From Candidatus Woesearchaeota archaeon (lineage in GTDB: Archaea; Nanobdellota; Nanobdellia; Pacearchaeales; GW2011-AR1), in NCBI GenBank assembly GCA_964514585.1, contig CAZETU010000003.1, forward strand, positions 1 through 64,000: 64,000 bases of DNA, read 5' to 3'. The first letter of the stretch is position 1. Every line of letters starts with the position of its first letter. The position numbers were made by a program, and so were the translations under genes. The notes under the pieces are model-generated. The model did not search any database. It had not been told where the DNA came from and saw only the letters and a program-made list of their open reading frames with translations. This document shows positions 56,137 to 64,000 of the stretch, one piece after another.

Positions 56137-56890
56137 TTTTTTTAGCCTTCTTTTTCTTTTTTGAAAAAAATGATTTTTTGTAGTTTTCCCCAACAAGAGA
56201 TCCTGCTAATTTTTTGTAAGCGTGAGAAATGTCTTGGGTTGGTGCGTAGCTGACTACTGGAACCATTTTGGAGGTCGCTGCTAATACTTTTATGTTGTTT
56301 GGCAAACTTGCCAGGACTTTTACTTCTGAGGCTTGAGCGATGTCTTTTGAGCCTAATTCGAATCTTTTTTTGTGGACTTTATTTAAGACGATTCCTCTGA
56401 TTGGGGCTTTTTTTTCTTTTGCTATGTTGATTGCATGTAATGTTGAACTCAGTGTTGGGTAATCTGGAGAGCTTACAACTAGTATTTCGTCTGAAGCTGC
56501 CATTGTTGCTACCATTTCGTCGTTTAGTGAAGGTGATGAATCGATAAGTATTATGTCGTAGATTTCTCTTAGTGGGTCGATTTTTTCTTTTAGTAATAGT
56601 GTATCTACTGGATTTGGCGCGAGTTTTCCTGGTATGATGTGGAACCCAAGGTCGTGTTGATAGATTGCTTCGTATATTGAATATTCGTCGTTTAGAACAG
56701 GGTGTAAATTATGATCTGGATTTATTATTCCTACGTGTAATCCAAGGTGTGGAGTTGAGAAATTTGCATCAATAATTAAAACTTTTTTTTGAAATTCTTC
56801 TGCGAGTGCGGCTCCAAGATTTGCGACAACAGTTGTTTTTCCAACGCCGCCCTTTAATGCAATAATACCAAAGACTTTTGCATCAGCCAT
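56129..56890 (-). CDS. MinD/ParA-family ATPase
   Basis: KGGVGKTT, IDAN, LIDSSP, VLNKV. Confidence 0.9.
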   Translation of the reverse strand: MADAKVFGIIALKGGVGKTTVVANLGAALAEEFQKKVLIIDANFSTPHLGLHVGIINPDHNLHPVLNDEYSIYEAIYQHDLGFHIIPGKLAPNPVDTLLLKEKIDPLREIYDIILIDSSPSLNDEMVATMAASDEILVVSSPDYPTLSSTLHAINIAKEKKAPIRGIVLNKVHKKRFELGSKDIAQASEVKVLASLPNNIKVLAATSKMVPVVSYAPTQDISHAYKKLAGSLVGENYKKSFFSKKKKKAKKNG

Positions 56891-57194
56891 TTGCAATTGC
56901 GTCTTTTATTTGGTTGATTACGCCTTTTTTTGTTTTCTTTGATTTGTTTTCCATTCTTTCTTCAATTGCTGCAATCATTTCCTTCCGGTTATCGATTTGC
57001 TTTAATCTTTTTGATAGGGGTCCATCTTTTAGAATCTCCTTGGTCCAGTTAACAAAATCATTTCTTGCAGAATTAACGTGTCCGGAAAAGGTATTATCGT
57101 TGACATTTTTTACCCATTCTAACATTTCTTTTTTGCTTCTTAGTGTTTGTTCGTCACATGTATAAAAAAAATGTTCACTTTTTCTAATTACCAT
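56883..57194 (-). CDS. Small DUF5752-like protein
   Basis: HVNSARNDFVNW. Confidence 0.7.
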   Translation of the reverse strand: MVIRKSEHFFYTCDEQTLRSKKEMLEWVKNVNDNTFSGHVNSARNDFVNWTKEILKDGPLSKRLKQIDNRKEMIAAIEERMENKSKKTKKGVINQIKDAIANG

Positions 57195-57231
57195 TTTGCG
57201 CTCCTCTTTATTTATTTTAATTAATTTATCT

Positions 57232-58479
57232 TTATAAATGTTCCTTTGAAATTTCGATTATCTCTGAGGATGAATCATTTTTTGATAGATTATCTATTCG
57301 AATTTCGAGGTCGTGGAGGACATTCATAAAGCTGATGAATGCGTCGTATGGACTATCGTATGGACTGAAGTATTTGTGAACGTCACCGTCGGAAAACCAT
57401 TTAGTGCACATGTAATAAAAGTGATCTGATGTTTGTAGTTTTCTCCATTTATGAATTAGATTTTTGTCTTTTGTCTTTAGAACTTTGAATCCGAGAGCGT
57501 AAATTCTATTAATTGCGGCGTGCTGCATGTCGTTGCCTAGCCATGCACTTAAATCTCTTTCTAGGTCTGCCCATGAGATGTAGTGTGGTACGTCGCATTC
57601 GCCTACATGGTTATATGATTCGATGATTTCTGAGGGTGTTTTAAAATTGTTATCTGGATGTTTTAGTATTTCTGTTGGTAAGTGTTTTAGGAAGTTAAAG
57701 ATTCCCGTGTCTTCCCATTGGTGTTCTCCAAACGTTTCGTAGTCCATGAATAGATTTATGACGTCTCCGTTTCCGTTGACTGCGTTTACCCACTTCGCAT
57801 ATTTTGGAGCGGTTAGTGGGAATTCTTTCCAGCTTTTTTCTGAGAATCTGAAGGCGATGTCGTCGCTGAGTTTGTAGTTTTTTAAAAGAAGTTTTATGTT
57901 ATTGGCACCTGTTGGTTTGTATAAAAAATTTGGTGATTTCCATCCGAGGATGTGATCTGCACCTTCTGCTAAGATTCCTTTGTATCCCATTGATTCGACC
58001 TCTTTTGCAATTGCGTTGTTGTAGATTAGTTCTGTGTTTCGGAAAACTTTTGGAGTTACGTTGAATAGTCTTTCGATTAGTTCTCTGTGTAGTCTTACTT
58101 GTTCTCGGAATTCGCCTTTTGAGTAGAGGAATGCTAGAGAGTGGTAGTATGTTTCTTCGAGGACTTCGGCTCTTCCTGTTGCGACTAATTTTTGAAATGA
58201 TTCGAGGACTTCTGGGGCGAATTCTTCGAGTTGTTCGAGAAAGACTCCTGAGAATGAGAAGCTTATTTTGAATTCTGGGTGTTGATCCAGGAGTTCGAGA
58301 AGTAGAGCGTTTGTTGGTAGGTAGCATTTTCTTGCGACTTTTCTAAGGACAAATGCATTATTGACGCTAGTTTCGGAATTGTCGGAGAAATAGTTTTCAT
58401 CTTGGCCGATGTCGAAGATTGAATATTTTTTGATTCTGTATGGTTGGTGGACTTGGAAGTAGAGGCAGATTGATACCAT
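57232..58479 (-). CDS. GH57 alpha-amylase family
   Basis: FQVHQP, ETYYH, FRNTELIY, DYETFGEHQW, LQTSDHFYYM; ATG at 58479 (track 58521). Confidence 0.93.
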   Translation of the reverse strand: MVSICLYFQVHQPYRIKKYSIFDIGQDENYFSDNSETSVNNAFVLRKVARKCYLPTNALLLELLDQHPEFKISFSFSGVFLEQLEEFAPEVLESFQKLVATGRAEVLEETYYHSLAFLYSKGEFREQVRLHRELIERLFNVTPKVFRNTELIYNNAIAKEVESMGYKGILAEGADHILGWKSPNFLYKPTGANNIKLLLKNYKLSDDIAFRFSEKSWKEFPLTAPKYAKWVNAVNGNGDVINLFMDYETFGEHQWEDTGIFNFLKHLPTEILKHPDNNFKTPSEIIESYNHVGECDVPHYISWADLERDLSAWLGNDMQHAAINRIYALGFKVLKTKDKNLIHKWRKLQTSDHFYYMCTKWFSDGDVHKYFSPYDSPYDAFISFMNVLHDLEIRIDNLSKNDSSSEIIEISKEHL

Positions 58480-59696
58480 TAATTTTTTCTCCCTAGTGTT
58501 TGATCGTAGATGTCGATGCAACGTGCAGCTGGTTCTTTCCAGCTGAATTTTTTTACTTCTTTTACTCCGTTTTCTTTTAGAGTTTTATGTAGCTCTCCAT
58601 GTCTTAAGATTGATACTATTTTGTTTGCCATTTCATCCGTATTCCAGAAATCGGTTTTTAGGCAATGTGTTAGTACTTCAGAGACGCCTGATTGATGTGA
58701 AATTAGGACGGGGGTTCCGCACATTAGTGATTCTAATGGTGTGATTCCGAAAGGTTCGGATACTGAGGGCATGACGTAGAGGTCGGCCATTTGGTATGCT
58801 TCGTGAATGTCTTTTCCTCGGAGGAATCCTGTAAAAATGAATTTATCTGCAATTCCGAGTTCTGCGACTCTTCTAATTGTTGCTTTTTCCATATCTCCTG
58901 AGCCGGCTACGACGAAAATAACATCCGGATAATATTCTAAAACTTTTTTTGCTGCTGCTACGAAATAATCTGGACCTTTTTGTAGTGTTAATCTTCCTAG
59001 GAATAGTACTATTTTTTTGGTTTTCTTTAGTTCGTGCATTTGATCTAGTGCGTAATTTTCGAATTCAACAGCGTTGTGGACGACTCTTACTTTTTCTGGG
59101 GCGATGCCGTAGCTTTCTATGATTCTGTTCCTTGTTAAGTTGCTGACTGCGATTACAGTGTCTGCTTCTTCCATCCCTTTTTTCTCGATGTTATAGACAT
59201 ATTGGTTTACCTCGTTTCCACCGCCTCGGTCAAATTCTGTTGCATGGACGTGGACGACCAAATGTTTTCCTGAGACTTTTTTTGCTGCGATTGCGGCTTT
59301 GTAGGTTAACCAGTCGTGGGCGTGGATTATGTCGAATTCTTCTTGTTCGGCGATTTGACCACCAATTGCTCCATATCTTTCAACTTCTTCAAATAAATTA
59401 TTTCCGTAGATTTGCTTGGTTTTCTTTTCTTCTTCTGATAATCTGTATTCGTAACTTTCTTCGGTGGCGTATGCTTGAAGTGGCGAGTTTACGAAATATT
59501 GTTTTTTTATTACGCTTTTTGTTTCGTCACCGAATACCATTTTTAAGAAATCAACGTCGATATCAACTTTTCTTGGGAGAACGAATGTCACGTCTACGTC
59601 GTGTTTGCTTAGTCCTCGTGTTAGACCAAAGCAAGCAGTACCAAGCCCTCCACTGTTAAAAGGAGGGAATTCCCAGCCAAACATTAAAACCTTCAT
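58479..59696 (-). CDS. GT4 glycosyltransferase, glycogen-synthase-like
   Basis: GWEFPP..SGGLG, HAHDW, HATE, PSVSEPFGI..LES. Confidence 0.9.
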   Translation of the reverse strand: MKVLMFGWEFPPFNSGGLGTACFGLTRGLSKHDVDVTFVLPRKVDIDVDFLKMVFGDETKSVIKKQYFVNSPLQAYATEESYEYRLSEEEKKTKQIYGNNLFEEVERYGAIGGQIAEQEEFDIIHAHDWLTYKAAIAAKKVSGKHLVVHVHATEFDRGGGNEVNQYVYNIEKKGMEEADTVIAVSNLTRNRIIESYGIAPEKVRVVHNAVEFENYALDQMHELKKTKKIVLFLGRLTLQKGPDYFVAAAKKVLEYYPDVIFVVAGSGDMEKATIRRVAELGIADKFIFTGFLRGKDIHEAYQMADLYVMPSVSEPFGITPLESLMCGTPVLISHQSGVSEVLTHCLKTDFWNTDEMANKIVSILRHGELHKTLKENGVKEVKKFSWKEPAARCIDIYDQTLGRKN

Positions 59697-59795
59697 TTTT
59701 GCCCCTTTGTGTTTATATTTATTATTTCTTTTTCTTACTTATTAAAGGTTGCGATAATTTTTAGAGTTTTGAGGGTTTATTTTAGAAAGAATGAA

Positions 59796-59867
59796 TGCGC
59801 GGGCCGGGAATTGAACCCGGGCCCCAACGTTGGCAACGTCGAATAATAACCACTATACTACCCACGC
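59796..59867 (-). tRNA. trnG: tRNA-Gly(GCC), CCA not encoded
   Basis: Acceptor GCGTGGG/CCCGCGC, anticodon arm CGACG-TTGCCAA-CGTTG, T arm CCGGG-TTCAATT-CCCGG, discriminator A. Confidence 0.97.
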
Positions 59868-59958
59868 ATGTAATTTCTATAATTTTGTTGTTTAAAAATA
59901 TTTGTTAATTGTTTGTTGTTTTGAAAATATTTATAAAGAATATAGCTTTCTTTATTTA

Positions 59959-60258
59959 ATGGGAACATTGGGGTTGATATTGATACTTTTAGTTGTTTTG
60001 GTTGTTTTAGTTATTGTTAAAATTTATTTAGTTGATCGTAGGGGCAAAGTGGCTGTTAAAGAAGGAAATGAATTAGAAATTTTTAATGATTTAAAAAAAG
60101 AATTTGATGGGTATCATGAAGCAGGTAATATGAAAAAAGCGAGGGAGATATTTAAGCAGCTTAAGAATTTGTATAAACATTTGCCCAATGAGGAGAAGAT
60201 GAGGGTGAATATGGATTGGGATTTCGGAAAAGTAAAAAAAGAAATTATTAATAGATAG
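59959..60258 (+). CDS. Membrane-anchored hypothetical protein
   Basis: N-terminal TM helix; ATG at 59959 (track 59902). Confidence 0.55.
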   Translation: MGTLGLILILLVVLVVLVIVKIYLVDRRGKVAVKEGNELEIFNDLKKEFDGYHEAGNMKKAREIFKQLKNLYKHLPNEEKMRVNMDWDFGKVKKEIINR

Positions 60259-60282
60259 GGGATGACGTAAAATATTTGTTAA

Positions 60283-61128
60283 TTAGTTGATGAAGATTGT
60301 TCCTTTTAGAATTAAATCTCTGAATGTAATTGATGTGGCGTTAAGTTTGTCGATTTCTTCTAGGAGTTTTATGTATTCGGCATATTTTTCTGGGTTGTGA
60401 TTCTTTTTTGAGTCGGTGTAATCTTGAGGGTGGAGCATTATTATACAGAGTCCTTTTTCGTCTAGAGCGTCGCTGCATTCTTCTATTACAGTGTCTATAG
60501 ATTCTAGTTTTTTATTGTCCCAATCGTATGTTGAGGAACTGAATCCATATTCGTCTGAGTTATGGCCTGCGGATATGAATTTGATTCCGTGTTTTTTTAG
60601 TGCCGGGAATGTTCCTTGTGAGATTGTATTATCTGGTGGAATAAATGTAACTATGTCTTTTTCAATTTCATTTAAGATTATTAGCCCTTTGTTGATTTTT
60701 TTCTCTGCTTTTGAGAAGCTTAGGTTTCGGAATTCTCTATATGTGTGTTCGTAGCCGTGAAGCGCTATTTCGACCTTGCATTTTTTTTCTTGGAGGAGTT
60801 TTATTATCTCGATATCTTCAAAAATTCCGCCAGAGATTCCTGGGATTACTCCGAGAACTAGGGTTTTGTTTCTTTCTAGTGCATCTTCAACCATTTTTAT
60901 TTGGGTTTCTCTCCATGTGAAAGCTTGGATGTCGTCGATTCTTAAAATTATGTTTCTTTCTCCGGGTGCGTGCCAGATTCTTTCGCATTTGAGATTTATT
61001 CCTTTTACTTGGACTGATGAAGTCATTCCGAATAAGCTGATGATCATGGCAGTAGATACTAAGATTATTAATGCGGCGGAAGTGGTGATTTTGATTACGG
61101 GTAAAAATTTCATCTTCTGAGAATCCAC
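60283..61128 (-). CDS. Membrane-anchored polysaccharide deacetylase (NodB/DUF2334-like)
   Basis: LRIDDI, ALHGYEH, FIPP, MLHPQD. Confidence 0.85.
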   Translation of the reverse strand: MDSQKMKFLPVIKITTSAALIILVSTAMIISLFGMTSSVQVKGINLKCERIWHAPGERNIILRIDDIQAFTWRETQIKMVEDALERNKTLVLGVIPGISGGIFEDIEIIKLLQEKKCKVEIALHGYEHTYREFRNLSFSKAEKKINKGLIILNEIEKDIVTFIPPDNTISQGTFPALKKHGIKFISAGHNSDEYGFSSSTYDWDNKKLESIDTVIEECSDALDEKGLCIIMLHPQDYTDSKKNHNPEKYAEYIKLLEEIDKLNATSITFRDLILKGTIFIN

Positions 61129-61207
61129 GATGACAAGTGGAATATTTTATCAATTATGATAATTGAAAGGTTCACGATTAAACTGATTCCGCCGACTGGA
61201 AATAACA

Positions 61208-62365
61208 TCAGTATCTATCCGCCTTTTGCCATTGCAAATTTCGTTTATTTAGTATTATTTCTTTGAAGAAACTTCCGACGAAGATGCTTTTGTCAGCTAG
61301 GCCTAGGAAATAATGATGGGGAAGATAAAGGTATAAAGAGTATTTTTTATATTTGAAAATTCCGTATGAAAGGCAGATGGAAACGATGAGGAATTGGAGT
61401 AATAGAAGGTACGCGAAATATTTGATTCCTATGAATACTAGTAGAGGGGCGAAGAGAAATAGTGCTCCCATTAGAAAACCTTCGACGTAAATTAAAGAAA
61501 GCATTAGAGCATTGTTGGGTTTGGAGAATATTTTGACGTTCTTTTTGAGACATGTCCAACCGCCGGAATACCATCGGTAGAGTTGTTTGAAATATGACTT
61601 TAGGTTGTTTGGATCTTGAGTGTAGACGATTGCTTGGTTGTTGAAGTCTAATTTTTTGTTGGCTAGTTTTAATTTGTAGGTGAAATCTAAATCTTCTGTT
61701 ACGGTGTCGTGATCAAATGTAACTATTTTTTTGAATTCTTCTGTTTTGAATCCAGAGGCACATCCCGATAGAACGAATAGGGCTGAGATTGCTATTTGTG
61801 CCTTTTTGTAAATTGTTTGTCCGATGAGGTAGTTTATTTCTCTGACTTTTGTAATCCAGTTTCCTTTTTCTGATTCTACCATGCCGCAAACAGCGACAAT
61901 GTCTTTTTCGTAGAAGCTTTTGAGAATTTGGAAGACGAAATTCTTATCTAATCTTGTGTCAGCATCTACTGTAATAAAAATGTCCGTGTCTACATATTTT
62001 AACCCAACCTCTTGTGCTTTAGATTTGTTTCCTGTGTTTTTTTCTAAGTTTACTATTTTTATTCTGTTTCCAAATGATTTTAATATTTTTAGCGTATTAT
62101 CTGTGGAGCCGTCGTTGACGACAATAATTTTATCTGGTGGTCTGGTTTGTCTGAGGCAAGAGGTGATGCATTTTTCTATTGATTTTTCTTCGTTGTGGGC
62201 TGGGATGAGAACTGAGACGGTCCATGATCCGCTGATTAGGTTTTTATTTTTCAGGGGCACGACTTCTTTCTTTCTTTCGTTTTGTGTGATAAATACGAGG
62301 ATGATGCAGAATACAACTAAGACAATCATAAGATTCAGAACGCTCATCCAGAAAGAAAGGCTCAT
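61208..62365 (-). CDS. Processive-type GT2 glycosyltransferase
   Basis: IPAHNEE, NDGSTD, DADT, TEDLD, QLYRW; TM helices at both ends. Confidence 0.92.
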   Translation of the reverse strand: MSLSFWMSVLNLMIVLVVFCIILVFITQNERKKEVVPLKNKNLISGSWTVSVLIPAHNEEKSIEKCITSCLRQTRPPDKIIVVNDGSTDNTLKILKSFGNRIKIVNLEKNTGNKSKAQEVGLKYVDTDIFITVDADTRLDKNFVFQILKSFYEKDIVAVCGMVESEKGNWITKVREINYLIGQTIYKKAQIAISALFVLSGCASGFKTEEFKKIVTFDHDTVTEDLDFTYKLKLANKKLDFNNQAIVYTQDPNNLKSYFKQLYRWYSGGWTCLKKNVKIFSKPNNALMLSLIYVEGFLMGALFLFAPLLVFIGIKYFAYLLLLQFLIVSICLSYGIFKYKKYSLYLYLPHHYFLGLADKSIFVGSFFKEIILNKRNLQWQKADRY

Positions 62366-62557
62366 TTTTCACCTATAGTATAATGCGAATTTTTTATTTA
62401 AACCTTATTACTACTTGTTTTGGATGAAAATTGACAAATTACGAGATAGGCACAGCTTTTTAAACTATGAATTGGTTTTTTATTATATTGTTAGAATTAT
62501 CTTGGCAAAAGTTGCCCAATCCTTTCGGTATAATAGATGAAAGGAGATACAAGTAAT

Positions 62558-62749
62558 ATGGAAAGAAGATTCGACAATAGAAGAAATGATTCTGGTAGAC
62601 GGAACAATAACTTTAGTAGAGCACCACGAGAAATGCACAAAGCAATATGCTCGGGATGTAAGAAAGAATGTGAAGTACCGTTTAAGCCTACTGAAGGACG
62701 AGACGTTTTTTGTCAAGAGTGTTTTAAGAAAAACAACCCTCGAAATTAA
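62558..62749 (+). CDS. CxxC-x17-CxxC domain protein
   Basis: MHKAICSGCKKECEVPFKP...VFCQECF; ATG at 62558 (track 62537). Confidence 0.88.
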   Translation: MERRFDNRRNDSGRRNNNFSRAPREMHKAICSGCKKECEVPFKPTEGRDVFCQECFKKNNPRN

Positions 62750-62786
62750 GATTTAATTAGAGGCATAATTTTTATTTTTTTATTGG

Positions 62787-63350
62787 TTAGTTTATATTGA
62801 ATTCTAAGGTTTTGGAATCATAGAAGGTCTTGTCTTTTGTGATGATGAAATTGTATTTAATGTTGCAGCTTGGGGCGTCTTCTGGGAATGAGAAATAGAC
62901 TGTCATGTGGTCGATCCATCCTTTTGGTATTTTTCCGAAGCTAGTCCATCCTCTTTCTATCCAGGTTTTAGCTTCGGTTGCTGTTATTCCGCAATTCTTT
63001 GCAGTGTTTTCATCGGCACTCCAGTTAAATTCGAAATAGTTTTCTCCTGAAGGGTTTGGATTATTTAGGGCGTATGCGACTCCGAATTTTTGTCCTTTTG
63101 AGACGTTAATATATCCTGTCGGTGGAAGGTAGAATGCTGTTTTGCTGTTTGGATCAATCATTGAGTTTAGGTTTTTTTTTACATCTTCTTCAATATAATC
63201 ATAGTTATATTTGTTCCAGTCTATAATTTCTTCTTTGACTTCTTTTATTTGTGTGATTTCTTTTTCTTGGGGTTTCTTGTTTATTGAGAATAAGATTATT
63301 GCTATGATTATTACGATTGTTCCAATTAGAATTATTTTCTTTTTTTGCAT
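62787..63350 (-). CDS. Membrane-anchored secreted hypothetical protein
   Basis: N-terminal anchor, Ig-like beta domain with a Cys pair. Confidence 0.6.
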   Translation of the reverse strand: MQKKKIILIGTIVIIIAIILFSINKKPQEKEITQIKEVKEEIIDWNKYNYDYIEEDVKKNLNSMIDPNSKTAFYLPPTGYINVSKGQKFGVAYALNNPNPSGENYFEFNWSADENTAKNCGITATEAKTWIERGWTSFGKIPKGWIDHMTVYFSFPEDAPSCNIKYNFIITKDKTFYDSKTLEFNIN

Positions 63351-63430
63351 GGAGGTAGATTGCTAGAGGGGTTTTTAATTTCTGTGTTTGTCAGCGAATA
63401 GTATTTAAACGTAGAGAATATTGTTATTTT

Positions 63431-63763
63431 ATGAGAGAGGTGAAACGTCCGTGGGGAGACGAAAAACATTTTGTAAGAAATATGAAATGTACGATAAAAA
63501 TTTTGACTGTTCAGCCAAATCAAATTTTGAGTTTGCAAAAACATAAGAAGCGAAAAGAACAGTGGTATTTTTTAACAGATGGCTGGGTGCAGCTTGGGAC
63601 TAAAAAGAAAAAAATCAAGAAAGGTGAAATAGTGACTATTCGAAAGATGCAGGCGCATCGGATTTTTGCGAAAAAGAGCGAGGTGAAAGTTTTGGAGATT
63701 TCTTATGGGACGTTTGATCAGAAAGATGAGATAAGATTGGAGGATGTTTATGGTCGGGCGTAA
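63431..63763 (+). CDS. Cupin, mannose-6-phosphate isomerase type II C-terminal-like
   Basis: RPWG, LSLQKH..R.E.W, HRI, RLED.YGR. Confidence 0.88.
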   Translation: MREVKRPWGDEKHFVRNMKCTIKILTVQPNQILSLQKHKKRKEQWYFLTDGWVQLGTKKKKIKKGEIVTIRKMQAHRIFAKKSEVKVLEISYGTFDQKDEIRLEDVYGRA

Positions 63764-64000
63764 GAAAATAATTGCTATTGATTTAGGGGGGACCAATCTT
63801 CGGATTGCGATTATTGAGAATAGGAAGATTTTGAAGTATTTGAAAGTAAAGACGCCTAGAGTGGCTCCTGAAATAAAGAAGAAAATTTTTGAGTTGGTTG
63901 GAAATTATATGTCTAAGGAAATTAAGGGAATTGCTGTTGCTTCGCCTGGGCCGTTGAAAGATGGGACGATTAAGAATCCGCCGAATTTGCCGTTGAGAAA
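63750..64000 (+). CDS. Second ROK-family sugar kinase, truncated by the window end (not in ORF track)
   Basis: MVGRKKIIAIDLGGTNLRIA...GIAVASPGP...NPPNL. Confidence 0.85.
   Translation, partial: MVGRKKIIAIDLGGTNLRIAIIENRKILKYLKVKTPRVAPEIKKKIFELVGNYMSKEIKGIAVASPGPLKDGTIKNPPNLPLR

Noticed and set aside
31286-59659. Many long antisense ORFs (e.g. 31988-33010, 41899-42627, 43882-44775, 29553-30107)
   Set aside because: They shadow well-supported genes; the strong strand bias depletes stop codons on the opposite strand and gives odd Ile/Asn/Pro/Arg-rich translations
59796-59867. tRNA-Gly as the attachment site of the island
   Set aside because: No duplicated tRNA 3' end and no integrase found in the window

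Overview
Gene-dense chromosomal window from an archaeon, most consistent with a DPANN lineage (Pacearchaeota/Woesearchaeota-like). This rests on a thermosome, archaeal TPI/PGI/aldolase, TruD, a CCA-less tRNA, TATA boxes about 25 nt before start codons and S-layer-like genes; the taxonomy is inference. The left ~24.25 kb looks like an accessory island. It holds (1) a minimal T4SS-like module (small Zn-finger, VirB2-like pilin, VirB6-like protein, PrgI-VirB4 fusion with a C-terminal PD-(D/E)XK-like domain), (2) type III R-M, a Cas4/RecB-like nuclease and a UDG-like gene, (3) a six-gene SAM decarboxylase / BpsA / methyltransferase / NDK-like / MoaA-like radical SAM / CYTH operon, (4) small membrane genes punctuated by GC-rich repeats, including a 19/20-bp inverted repeat around a 2.7-kb block, and (5) a candidate RiPP cluster: an unannotated 58-aa precursor, a radical SAM/SPASM enzyme and an RRE-like-GNAT fusion. 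The right ~40 kb has a strong G/T bias on the + strand (by eye). It carries housekeeping and surface genes and a supercluster of glycogen metabolism, glycolysis and a group 3b [NiFe] hydrogenase, followed by tRNA-Gly(GCC) and a GT2/deacetylase pair. No database searches were run; family calls come from recognised motifs.
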